64,000 bases of DNA from Lingula anatina (taxonomy: Eukaryota > Animalia > Brachiopoda): positions 10,934,567-10,998,566 of the forward strand of contig CM120644.1 in assembly GCA_051362555.1 (NCBI GenBank). Direction: 5' to 3'. Of this stretch, positions 1 to 12,958 are shown in pieces (position 1 is the stretch's first letter; every line of letters starts with the position of its first letter). Both the position numbers and the translations under genes were made by a program. A model generated the notes under the pieces. The model searched no databases. It worked only from the letters and a program-made list of their open reading frames with translations, and was not told where the DNA came from.

Positions 1-811
1 GGGGGGGGGGGATAAGGGGGGTTATTCACTGACGTTAAATGATAAAGAACGGTTGATTCAAAACATAGCGAGATATGTCTTTTGAATCATTATATTATGT
101 TAACACGGGTAAAATAGAACGGTTTTCGGAAACGTTTTGCCCTTAATATCACACGCAAGTGTAATTGTGATGCTTCTGGTGCAGGCTCAGCAATAGTAAC
201 CATGATGTTTTATATTTGTAGTAGTAATGTTTCTTCTATGGTGCATTCAATAAAATATCCAGTGAGCCTTACAAAAAGAACTAAAGTCATAAAATATGTC
301 TTCACAAAAAAAAAAAATCAAATGAAAAAAATTAAAAAGCTGGCAAATCTGAAATTAATTTATCAATTGACTCTAACTTAAAATTGAAACCCAAAAATAC
401 ATAAGATCTGATAAATGATCCTAAAACAAGATATAACTTACCACGGTGTTCTGCGCAGTTGACTGATTTGAACAAGGTGCTTTGAGGAGAGAGAGAGATC
501 ATACAAAATATGAACTAAGCGCAGAGTTGTTAGTGGTGTCAAGTGAACAGAACGTATATCCTTTTGTTAACTAAAAAAAAGACAACAAACATTTTTCATG
601 AAGAATGGTACGCAGTTTTAAACATCAGTTGCTTATCAAGTGATTTAAATCATTTGGACCCAAAGACTTTGTCTTTATTTGTTGGAGCCTTTGTGAAAAT
701 CGAATAAATTTGTGATTTCAAATATTATTTTAGCGTTTCTCTTTTTTTTTCTCTACTCAGAAGATATCAACATTCGTGTTCCTGTTGCTGTTATGTTTTT
801 ATCATTCTCCC

Positions 812-872
812 ATCTCTCTCTCTCCTTCTCTCTCTCTCTCTCTCCCTCTCTCCCTCTCTCTCTCTCTCTCTC
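812..872. repeat. (CT)n microsatellite
   Basis: Direct reading of an imperfect CT run. Confidence 0.9.
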
Positions 873-2687
873 GTTTTAACATCAATCTCTCACGCGTGTC
901 ATTATTTTCACTAGGAGTTCTCAAAAGATGTTAATATCTTCTAGACAACCAAATTGTCAAAGAAAACATGTTAATAGATACAATTAACTGATATACTTTT
1001 CTTTGTGCGTTTCATCAGATAACCCCTAAATCTGACCGTTTACGTATGTTTTACTGGAGATAAGTATAGCTATTTGACCAAACTTATGTTTTATAAAATA
1101 TGTAAATGTAGAAAATTACGATTGATGCATGATATGATATCTATCTAAGTGCAACTTAAACATATTTTTCACAATTATGTTCCATCAAGGTATCGGAATT
1201 GATAGTAATTTATTGTTGATCTTTATTATATCTCAAGATGTCTACCCTATACTTTCAACTACATATGTGACACTAATGATAAAATACGTCAGCAAAAAAA
1301 CAATTTTGCTGAATGCACAACCAGTGTTATTCTTTGTCTAGTACATGTAAATGTACATTTGTTGATTGTGTTTTAGGTCTATGCGAATGCTTCCCTCTCT
1401 TTCTTTCAGCCTATATGCCTGCAATGCAAGTACGCCTGTCCGACCGTCCGTTTGTCTGTCTATCACCCTTTTTTCATTGTTGTGTCCTGCATGCGTGTGC
1501 GTGCGTATGTGCGAGCGTGCGTGCATACCCTATGCATAGCCAACTCGCTGATGTCGTGCTAATGCACATGCATCCTACGTGCCTCCACACGCCAGGTAAG
1601 GTGGAGTAATTCGGGCCCAATTACTTCAGCTGATACGTTTTCTATGCATTTAAAATGTCCAGGTGCACGTGTCCTGATCTACAAGGGCGGAGGGGGTGGG
1701 TGGGGTGTGGAGTGATATCTCATCATGTTCCACCCAAGTTTAAAAGGTCGATTAAGGAAGGTGTAAAGATGAACGTTTCCATGGGCGTAATATCGTATAT
1801 GGACGTCATCGAAAAGATCGCGTTTTATTAATTTTTCGTGAATTGATCACTTATTTATTCATTTACTGCCCTCCCTTATCATGGTGATGACGTTGCAGAT
1901 TTTGAACAATTACTCAGAAAGAAAATAATAAAGGAGTAGGCCCTACAGTAACAAAGAGCTATAGTTCGTGTTCCTCATTTTGTCGTCGTTCGCCATAGAA
2001 GGTGTGTCACCCAGCAAAACCTGCGCTGACCACTAATGAGAATCTATCAAATTTATCAACACTTTAAAGCGTTTGTGGTCTTTTCAGCTAGTTTAGTTAA
2101 GCATACTGATACGTGGACAGATTGCTGTTTCTTATCTTGGGTTTGACCTTAATATGGAGTTTTGAAAAATAATCTCAAAACATCTGTATATTTGACCATT
2201 TCTTTGCAATATTTAGATACTTTTTTCGAGGATATTTTTTGATGCACGCCGATGTCTTCACCAACAAACCCCTTGAAAACACCTGCTTTATCACTAAAGA
2301 GCACTTTAAAACAACCTCACATTTTCCAATTACATTTCATTTATTTATTTATTGTTTTTTAATTTTCGTGCAGTTGCATTTCACATGTACTGTACATTGT
2401 ACATTTACACGTTTTACTTACTTTGAAGATTTTTATCAATTTTTTTAAAAATCAACACAAATCTGCCCATATGTGGTCCATTATTTGACATCATGTCCAT
2501 TTTACAAGCTGGCGTTTGAAAATAAAATTGAGAAAATAGACGTCCAATAATCACGCAGTTAGGCCTATTACAGACACTTTCGATATTACCATTATTATCT
2601 TGACCGTTCTATCGCCTGACATCGAACGAAATCTCGCATGTCGCTGACTATGATCGCCTTCCAATTATCGCCGAATTGGCGAAGGGA

Positions 2688-2695
2688 TATAAATA
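2688..2695 (+). promoter_or_regulatory. Putative TATA box of the TSP1-domain gene
   Basis: TATAAATA about 95 bp upstream of the ATG at 2785. Confidence 0.5.
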
Positions 2696-2784
2696 CTGGC
2701 ATTTCTCCTCGTCTGGTGAACACCAGAGCCCCGACTAGTCAGGGAGTGTTCCAGGAGTACCATACTGTTTGCAAGACAACCATA

Positions 2785-5454
2785 ATGTTGTGCCTTATAT
2801 TTTTAACGTGCGTTATAGCTACGAAAGGTAAGAAACTACATGTACTTTACAACTCCATGCGAAAGGTACTAGAACCTGTCTCAAAATTGGTTTTAGATCA
2901 AACTTTTTCGCCTGGTGTAAACTTAATAGATAAAATGCAAAACTTTAAAGGAAACAGTTATTTTATTTCACTTCATTTCACTACTGACGGTGCATATTTT
3001 CTAAATTGAAGTAGTCTTCTGTTCCAAAAGCCAATAAAAATCACGAAGGTTCAACATTTTCTTGAGAAGCCATCTACAGACCGGTAAAAAGCAAAAAAAA
3101 GGAGTTAGTGTTTAAAGATATTACTTAGATCTCTGTTTCGTTATACGTGCTGTGTCGGTTCATGAGAGATGTGCTTAGGGCTTCGAATTTCCTATAGGTA
3201 AAGGGATGTGGAGGGAATTGATCGCCGACGATATGAAGCAAAGCACATGTTGATGAGAATGATTTTTTTTCAATGTTTGTTACAAATGTTTTACAAACTT
3301 TTGAAATTGTGCCTGCAAATCAAATCCAACAGGCAAAAGATGTCTGTCAGTTTGATATGTCCCTTAAATTATCCTCTATGAACCATCGAAAATGTTACTG
3401 GATGTAATTTAAACCCAATAATTACTCTGCCAACAGTAAACCAAGTTTTTGTACGGAATCTCTTTTGCTTCCTACAGCTACCTATATAGCTCAAGGCCCT
3501 GCATTTCCTCCACGACACCCCCTGGGACCCGTGTGGTTCCCGCCGAGAGCCCAGCTTCTGCGTCCACAGCAAGTCGTCCCGGGGATTCAACCCCCACCCT
3601 CGGCAAGTCAGATAGCCAAAGGGATTAAGAAGGTCCCCGCACCGACAGCCAAATTACCCCAAAATATCCACAACTCCTCGCCGCCTCAGCCACCCCCCGT
3701 CGGACCCGTCCAACCATCGCAACTTCTCCCCAGGACCGTGTACTCGGCCGCCTGGGCGTTGTGGAGCCAGTACACTCCCTGCACGGCGTCTTGCGGGGGA
3801 GGGATCCAGATTCGTCACCGTGAGTGTCTATTGACCAAGACGCTGTACACCGAAAAGGCCGCAGGTGGGGGGTACGGACCACAAGCATGTGCTGGGGCCA
3901 CCGTTCAGTTGCTGCCTTGTAATCAGCAGCAATGTGTTGGTAAGTACCTTTAAATGAAGAACTCCACGTAAGGGTATAAGTGTACGAAAAAAAAACTATG
4001 TATATTACGATATGGAAACGGCTTATGTTTCATTAAAATCTTTTCCATGGATGACAGCCACAAAAAGGTCAAATGTAAGCGATGATGATATCATGATGAA
4101 CTTAAATGGTTGACAAAATAAGTATCTATACTTTTAAACTGTGGATGAACCTTTCCCATCTAAGCTGCAACCATGATTCATGTTACAGTATTACTTCATT
4201 ACACTGAGTTTAAGTATTCTTCCCCTGTAGTTGTAGGCGGATGGAGCAAGTGGTCCTCCTACACCCCGTGTTGTTCGGGGTTAAAGATACGCCACAGGAC
4301 CTGCACGAGCCCTGCTCCCCTGAACGCTCCTCAGTGTGACGGCCCGGCAGTTGACGTGGTCTTCTGCCCTGCTTCTGAGGACATCTGCGGGTGCCCGGAA
4401 ACCTGTGCTCTTAAAGGTATGCTTATACACCATACTTTTTCTAGACCGTTCTTAAGTAGGTATTCCACATTTAATTACTTTACACAAATGATATTTGTTT
4501 CATATTTGGACACAGTGCTGTGGTCTAAAATGAGCAATTTACACTACACCGTAAATAAAAAAATCAAATAAACATAAAGGTTAAAGGTGTGGATACTAAG
4601 TTTATACACGATTCTAATTGCGCCACGTTTTTCTGTTCATAAGTAACTTGTTCTCACCCCTTTTGTATTCTAGTTGACATACCAGTACAACCAGCAGGGT
4701 ACGGACCAAATCAACAATTGCCAAAATATGGCATCCCCTACACCAACAACCAAGGACAACACGGTTTAGTGGCAGCTCTGCCGGATGATTCCGGGCCAGC
4801 CAGTCAACCATCACCTCCTCTTATACTTTCTGGCGGCGCCGTCTACAGTGGGGATAAAAGCCCGGATGGTGTCGCCCACATAGGGGATAAAAGCGGGGCA
4901 AACTATAAAGGAAACGGTGTTGGCGCCGTTTTTGGTGACATTGAACAAGACAACGTGTACAATGGTGGCGATGGTGGCGCCGTCTACATTGGGGACAGAG
5001 GTAACACCGCGAATACAAACCAGGGAGTTGATCTTGGTCAGTTTCCACAACATGCCGGTGTCTCTTCTTCATCGTCTTTGGTACCCGCCTTGGTTGCTGG
5101 CGGGAACACCAGGAACACTTTGTATACTGGACCTGACGGACCCGTCGTTAACAACGTGCAGGTACCCAGTGGTAAAGGAGGTAACGTGTATACCGGGCCT
5201 AACGTTCAAGGCAATCAACACGGCCAGCAGGGTGCTCATTCGGCGGGAAATTGGTTGTGAATGACGTTCAACCAGAGTTGGTGGGCAGGGTTGTTAACGT
5301 GAATGACGTTCAACCGGGGTTAGTGGGCGGGGATGTATACGACGGTGCTGCCCCAGGTGGACATGGTCAGGGGGGCATACCTGTTGTTGCCCAATTTCAG
5401 CGACAGCCAATGGATAGGAGTTACTACGGCGATGGGGTTGGAAACAGCCGTTAA
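2785..5454 (+). CDS. Secreted Pro-rich, 2x thrombospondin type-1 (TSP1) repeat protein with a Gly/Val/Asn/Asp-rich low-complexity tail (extracellular or skeletal matrix-like)
   Basis: Exons 2785-2827 (MLCLIFLTCVIATK, signal-like), 3478-3939, 4231-4416 and 4674 onward; all GT-AG phase-1 joins in frame. TSP1 motifs WALWSQYTPCTASCGGGIQIRHREC and WSKWSSYTPCCSGLKIRHRTC. The frame stops at 5260, but a 1-nt deletion near 5243 relative to the paralog suggests an ancestral stop at 5454. Confidence 0.8.
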
Positions 5455-7520
5455 ACCAGGATCTGGTGTGAAGTTATCTGTAATTGAACTTGGAAATAAT
5501 GTTAATTGACTGCATCCCCAGAAATGCACTGCATGACGTCACGCTTAGCCCACTGCGCATGCGTGCACTTTTAATGAGTTGCTAGATTGCCATAGGAAAA
5601 TGAATGGGTTCGCGATTCGTGGGTAATTCGTGATAATTGACAAACTAACGGCCTGATGCCGATAGACAGCAACGCTGTGCTATGCTTCAAGCAACTCCTG
5701 ACCAAATATCGCTAGGGTTTTTTTTTAAATTCTGTTGTACACACGTACTAAGAAGTTGGCCGAGTATTGCCTAGCCTACCCTCAGCAAAACGCACATATT
5801 TTCAGAAATAGTGATTTTAGACTGTAGATTCACTCAGAAACAAAGGCAAACTAATTCGTTGCCGATAGCACCAGCAGATAGCAGCACCATACAGAGTCTG
5901 ATTAAAAACTTTCATGGCAATTGAAGAACTTTTACCACTGTACAATGTAGTCCAAAAAAAAACACTTAACACAAATGTGAAACTGCCCAGTGCAAGGCCA
6001 AGAATTCAATCAGTATTTTCAATTATATTATCAGATTCTACATAAATTGACTGACAATATCACTACTCAGTATTTAACTAATATCTTAATCCAAAATTCC
6101 TATCATCATTTAACAATAATGCAAAATTCTTCTTTCAGATTGCTATTTATTTTAAATTTTAATGCTGCAACTGTTCCAAAATAATCTTGTAGTAAAGGAA
6201 AAATGAAAATAAGAAGTGGAAGACCAATTTTACCCACATTATTCAATTATTTGAATATAAAAAGAATAAGATCACGATTTAACAAATTAAAATAATCTTT
6301 CATTAACTCTTTCATGAATAACATATTTAACAAAATTAAAGTTATAAATTAGTGGTAATGGCTTATTCTGGAATATATGACCTCTGCACATCATCAGTAC
6401 CTGACTTGGTACAGTATAGTTAGGCTACTATTTGGATACAGAGTTAGATTTAATAATGTAACCATAAGAACAATATATATTACAATAAACTTCTCTGCAC
6501 ATGTCAGACGCTTGTCACCATGAACTAACACTACTTGACAATGGGCTGAGCACTTATCACAGAGTCTGTGTGCAATGCCATTGTTGTGCTGTGATTGGCT
6601 AGTTGAGTCACGTGAAGCCCTACTGTACCGCCCTCGCGTATCGCGTGAATGCTGCGCATTTCTGGCCATGGCTAGTTAAACGGTTCCTTTCAATCGAAAA
6701 CTAGTGATTTGCACATGGTTTCTGTTAAAAATATTTTATTAATTTTTTTTGAGGTTTCAAAGGGTATGTACGTATATTCAGCGCATTCATCTTTATTTAT
6801 AATAAACAAAAGCGAATGGTTCATCATATTTCCAGTTCACCAATTTGATCAAAAATAAAACCAGATGCTCATTTGTCACCGACTATTTCTATATTTTTAA
6901 CCTACGTTGTATCAATATTACTATATTTTTAACCTACGTTGTATCAATATTACTGGTCTTCAGCAAAACTAGGCTCTTTTCAGTATGGTATGACAAGAGT
7001 TCGGCAGCACTTGTGTAGGCAGTCACTCATCAGAGACAATACAGTTGCGTGCTTAAACAAAGGAAAATATTCAAAATCTTGGAGCAATTTAAATCAACGA
7101 AGAAACCTGGATATTTATTGGTACTCGCAGGACACTATGTATGTAGGGCAGTTTTTGTAATTGTATGATTGGCTTCTAGCTCTCTTTCAATCTTAATCTG
7201 CAAATGAGAATGTGCTCGCAAACTTGCCGTAAATTCTCAAGAAATCGTAGTTTTTATTTATTTATTATTATTTATTTATTTTATTATTATTATTTTTTTG
7301 CAAACTTAACGCTTATTATATTTTCATGTAAATGATAAGCTGTTCTTGCAAAAAATGTTAAGTCTGCGGTTAATTTACAGCAATTTTTGCTAGTTTGCTC
7401 CAAAGCTTTGAATTTCTGAATGGGTGCTATGTAAGTTTTTACGTGTATTATAATCATTATATAAAATATAACCGGATGATATGTCTGCCTTTGGTAGCTG
7501 GGAGGTCAATGCCCACCTTT
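3567..7520 (+). repeat. Segmental duplication, copy 1 (paralog about 9958-12430)
   Basis: Colinear similarity across exon 2, the intron, exon 4 and the 3' flank; boundaries approximate. Confidence 0.85.
5513..6670. mobile_element. Non-autonomous DNA transposon in the 3' flank
   Basis: Absent at the paralogous site (about 11670, gttaattgacagatagtta). Imperfect terminal inverted repeats catccccagaaatgcac / gcgcatttctggccatg. Confidence 0.55.
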
Positions 7521-8300
7521 TCAACTTGTTATATTTATATCATTCACCCCCATTAAACGATAATTTTAATTTAAAATTAATTTATTAATTTAAATAATGA
7601 CCCCCTATAATACTTGCATCAATCATAAATCTAGCATACTGTAATATAAACTGTCAACACCTCATTAAATCCTTATGAATCACCCCTCAAAGATGGAATT
7701 TACCAAACAAGTTCAAAAACATTATTGACTCGCGGTTTCCGAATAAATTAACTTTATTGGTTTTCATTGATGCACACTGAGGAACACTTTCTTATTTCTT
7801 AATTTTCTCAGCAACCAAGCGTTTCATTAAGGAAAAATTTGTACAGTAGCTAGACATGTCTCTTGTTCTTACTTGGAACTACTTGACCGTGACTTGTGAG
7901 TATTATTCACTGTTGAACAGAGTAGAAAATGCACTAGGGGTACCACGTGCGAAAAACACCTATTACATGTATATAAATAAGTAGCATTAAAATTTCCTCA
8001 GTGCTATAATGTAATAATAATAATATTACATTCAGATGGACTTATTTTCAAACTTGTGTGAAAACATCTTTAACCACAGTGTACATAAGTACCCAAAACA
8101 GGTATATATATCAATGTATATTTGGTAGTTATATGCTTATTTTATAAGTTCTGTCAGCGTCACATTGGTAATACTTAGATACAAACGCCAATATTTTCGA
8201 AAAAGCAACACTAAGTACAAAAAGGGGAAAATTCCAAATTCACTGTCACGGATATCCAGAATCTAAATCAAAGTTTTCACCTTCGATCTGTTTTCATTAA

Positions 8301-9478
8301 TCACTCTGATAAATCAACGAGTGGCCCGTAGGTTTGGTTGTAGATGTTATTTGGATCTTCGGTCAACCAAAACTCAAGAATACTTTCGGCAAACTCGTCA
8401 ATTGAAACAAGGCCATCTCCGTCGGTGTCCATCATATCAAAGTTGTCATTGGAGCATTCAGTTGGGGTGTTAAAACTGTAATAAAAAGCAGCATGTTCTT
8501 TCTTGGATATGAAGCCATCACCATCAATATCCAACACATTGAACTCTGTACAAATAAAAGTTTTGTAAAACTCTTGTCTGAAGTATCTTTCGTTCAGCAC
8601 TGACAGATTGTACTGACGGTGTTCGTCCTCAGAGATGCGTGGTCTATCTCCTGCAAGGAATGCCCAGACTTCCAGGCGACTATTTAAAACGCTCTCAGCA
8701 CTTTCGCCTGAAAATAAAAATTGCCGTCAAATAAACCACGAGTTATCACTCGGAAATTCCCCGGTCGTTTAGCACCTTTGTGCAGGGGAGGACAGATTGA
8801 GGACGATTGCCCTCTTATAAGTTTGTTTAAAATGAATTATTGGGATCCTTTGTAAAGAGTTTAACGTTTTTCCACCACCAAGTTCACTATACTCATCTCC
8901 CCACCCCAATTTCCCAGGCTACGGCTTAGCGGAGGCATTTTGTAAAAGTACGATAATCTAATTATATTCACCACTGAGGTCCAAATAATCTATAAGAGTC
9001 TGTGCAGAAGTCACCATATCTTCCTTGGTAAAGTACCCATCAGCGTTGACATCCAAACGCTGGAAAACCGTTCGGACTTTTCGTCTCCAGTGTTCTGATC
9101 CAGTCAACAGGGGGTAATCGGTTGGTATCTGAAACGTTTTAGAGAGGGCGCATAAAATTGCAGAGGGCAGTTAATTTGTGCATTATAAGGTTACGCGTAA
9201 TACATTGCTACGAAATTGGCATAAAATGAACACAATGGACGTTTATCGCTAAAATGATAGCTTACCTTCTTTAATCTAAGCGGTCGGTTTACAACTCCTC
9301 GGACAGGTTGGGCAAATGTTGGAAACCCGGTGTCAAAACCATTGTAGTTAATCCATGCTTGCGAAGATGTGATAACCCTTCCCAACCTCCTTACCGGCTG
9401 GAAACATATTGCCAATCTGCTCTTTGCAGGCCGCATAATTCTTGCTAGCCCTCGGATCGGTATGGTTATCTTTAACAT
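8301..9478 (-). CDS. EF-hand SCP/coelenterazine-binding-protein-like copy A (subfamily 1) with Arg-rich leader, about 258 aa
   Basis: Exons 9478-9266, 9128-8972, 8707-8301, GT-AG and in frame. Loops DVNADGYFTKED, DIDGDGFISKKE, DTDGDGLVSIDE; ends YGPLVDLSE. Exon 2 begins with ATA rather than ATG. Confidence 0.88.
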
Positions 9479-9957
9479 GGTGAACTTCGAACATGCAGAC
9501 TAACCAGGAGCTTGGAAAATAGTAGTCGCTCAAATCAAACATCAAATCCGGATTGTACAGTGTACGTGTATTTAAATTATGGAAGTATCATAAGAGTTAC
9601 CAGACTGGAAAGAAAATTACAAAGGTGTCTAGTGTAGCGTATTGTCACAGTCCCAACGTGAATAGAATAAAGCTGTGCCAAGGTATAATGTCCCCAGACG
9701 CGGTAAATATTGGCCTGCTGAACTATAGACGTGAAAGCATACTCTCTGCATTACTGAAACCCCATCTGACCCTCATTTCAATTTAAATAGCAAAAAAAAA
9801 GAAATGACTTCGGCCATCTCCTGTTAAAGCTTTAGCATTCCACTGAATGTATCCCCTCCTGCAACTCCTCGCGTGTAAACGGAGGAGCTGAACGGTCATC
9901 AATGAAGACATGCTGGCAACCCGGAAGTACAGCACCTGTAGCCCGCTATGCACTCAG

Positions 9958-11615
9958 AAAGCAAGTAGCCCCGAGGATTCAACCCCCACCCCCGGCGAGT
10001 CGGACACCCAAAGGGATTAAGAAGGTACCTGAACGGTAGCCAAATTACCTACAGGAATCAAAAAATCCCCGCCGCCTCAGACACCCCCCGTCGGACCCGT
10101 ACAACCACCACCAAATTTTCCCAGGACCGTGTACTCGGCCGCCTGGGCGTTGTGGAGCGAATACACGCCCTGCACGGCCGCGGCGTCTTGCGGGGGGAGG
10201 GATACAGATTCGTCACCGTGAGTGTCTATTAATGAAGATGTGGTTCACCGAAAAGGCCGCAGGTGGAGAGTACGGACCACAAGCATGTGCTGGGGCGAGC
10301 GTTCAGTTGTTTCCTTGTAATCAGCAGCAATGTGTTGGTAAGTAACTTCAAATGATGAACATCACGTTTAAGTATGAGTTAAGTGTACAGAAATTCTATG
10401 TATATTACGAGATGGAAACGGCATGTGTTTCGTTAAAATCTTGCCTTCGCATGACAGCCACAGAATGGTCAAACGTAAGCGATTATGCGTATCATGATGA
10501 ACTTTAATGTTTGACAAAAAATAAATACCTATGTTTTTAGATTGTGTCTGAACCTTTTCCAACGGCGTCATCTAATCTGCAGCCATAATTCATGTTACAG
10601 TATTGTTTCTTTACACTGAATTTACACTCTTCGTTTTGACCAAAAAATGAATTTTCCTGGAGTAAACAACAATTTTTCCATACTTACCAATGGTTAATGA
10701 ATCCATTTTTACATTCAAAGTTAGTCCCTTGTTTTTTTGGTAAAATCTCTTAAGAGATTATGACTGAGTACAGCCATCAATGGAGGTCACGTGATCTGAA
10801 GACAAGCTCAGATATCTGAATAATAGCTATAACTGCCGTTTTTGTGGTAAAACAGAATATATTATATTTCTATGAGTTGTTCACGATGTTTTTATTGTGA
10901 AATATAGATATCATACGAAGAGCTATTATCCCCTTAAGTGTTCTTTCCCTGTAGTGGTAGGCGGATGGAGCAAGTGGTGGGGCAAACTATAAAGGAAACG
11001 GTGTTGGCGCCGTCTATGGTGACAATGAACAAGACAACGTGTACAATGGTGGCGATGGTGGCGCCATCTACATTGGGGACAGAGTTAACACCACGGACTC
11101 TCGTGATTTGAAAAAAAGCGGGCAATGCGAATACAAACCAGGGAGTTGATCCTGGCCAGTTTCCACAGCATACCGGTGTCTCCTCTTCATCGTCTTTGGT
11201 ACCCGCCTTGGTTGCTGGCGTCAACACCAGGAACATTTTGTATACTGGACCTAACGGACCCGTCGTTAACAACGTTCAGGTACCCGGTAGCAACGTAGGT
11301 AATGTGTATATCGGGTCTAACGTTCAAGGCAATCAACGCGGCCAGCAGGGTGCTCTTTCAGGTGGGAAATTGGTTGTGAATGACGTTCAACCAGAGTTGG
11401 TGGGAAGGATTGTTAACGTGAATGACGTTCAACCAGGGTTAGTGGGCGGGGATGTTTACGTGAATGACGTTCAACCGGGGTTAGTGGGCGGGGATGTATA
11501 CGACGGTGCTGCCCCAGGTGGACATGGTCAGGGGCGAATGCCTGTTGTTGCCCAATTTCAGCGAAAGCCAATGGATAGGATTTATTACGGCGATGGGGTT
11601 GGAAACACCCGTTAA
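9958..11615 (+). pseudogene. Decayed partial duplicate of the TSP1/low-complexity gene
   Basis: No signal exon. The exon-2 homolog has indels, exon 3 is fused to mid exon 4 by a deletion at about 10978, and only the 3' part (11196-11615) stays open. Confidence 0.8.
10626..10933 (-). mobile_element. TTAA-type (Kolobok-like) MITE copy, one end eroded
   Basis: Reverse-complement match to 30746-31069 and 32605-32941; absent from the paralogous intron at about 4210. Confidence 0.75.
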
Positions 11616-12958
11616 AACAGGGTCGGGTGTGGAAATCTCTGTAATTGAACTTGGAAATAGCGTTAATTGACAGATAGTTACACGGTTCCTTTCAATCGAA
11701 TACTAGTGATTTTCACACTGTTTCTATATAAAATATTTCATTTTTTTTTCAAAGGGCATGTACGTGTATTCAGTTCATTTATCTTTATTTATAATAAACA
11801 AAAGTGAATGGTTCATCATATTTCCACTTCATGCTCATTTGTCATCGACTAATTATATATTTTTAACCTACGCTGTATCAATATTACTGGTCTTCAGCAA
11901 AACGTGGCTCTTTTCAGTATGGTACATGTATGAACAGTTCGGCAACACTCGTGTAGACAGTCACTCATCAGAAACAATGGAGTTTCGTACTTAAACAAAG
12001 GCAAATATTCATAATCTTTGAGCAATTTAAGTCAAGGGAGAAGTTTAGGTATTTATTGGTTCTCGTAGGACACTATGTCTGTTTAGCCGTTTTAATAATT
12101 TTTTGAATACATACTTGATTTCTGTCTTTCATTCTTTAATTTGCAAACTTGCCGTAAATTCTCAAGAAAGTGTAGTTTTTTTTTTTTTTTTTTTTTTTTT
12201 TTTGCAAACTTAACGCTTATTTTTATTTAAATGAGAAGGTTCCTACTAATTTCTTTTTGCTTTTAAATGAAGAGGTTCTTGCAAAAAGTGTTAGGTCCGA
12301 GATTTATTGCAAATTTTGCTAGTTTACATCAGATTTAGGAAATTGCTCAATGGAAGCCAGTATACAAGCATAAACTGTTGATACGTCTTCCTTGAGTAGT
12401 GGGGAGGCCAATGCCCACCCCTGTAACTTTGTGCCTTACTGAAACAGGGAGTTTTCCTTCGAGCAAAATCATATCACGAAACGCGTGTTAAAGATGGACT
12501 ACCAGCAATGCGTAAATAATTGGTGCAGTGTTAACTCATTTTTTTAAATATGAAATGCGGTCTTATCCCATTTACTAAAAATATATATACTGAAGAGCTG
12601 TTAACTATGAATATCAGCTCATATTGTTTACACCAATGTAATTCTTGTGACTCAAATGCAGTTAAGTGTTATTAAGTGTTTCTCGTGTTTCTTTGGATAT
12701 TTTGCGCTGGTATTTAAGTATGAATATATTGATATAGTTGTAAACCTTGCACCACGAAATTGTAGATATCTGCACTGAAAACGGAAGATATGTCTTTTTG
12801 GGGTTAAAATATTATGTCCATTGTGAACCTTTGAAGGCAAATGAGTTATTTCTAATCTCATGTAGTTATTGAGTTCGTACCGTTTCTTTTTGTTATTTTG
12901 AAATTACAAAAAAAGCAAGAAACAGGTTTGTTTGAAATGCAAACCAAATACGTTTCAG

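Noticed and set aside
4811-5264. Antisense and alternate-frame ORFs over exon 4 (similar shadows over the GPCR and EF-hand exons)
   Set aside because: Shadow ORFs of GC-richer coding sequence with no independent support.
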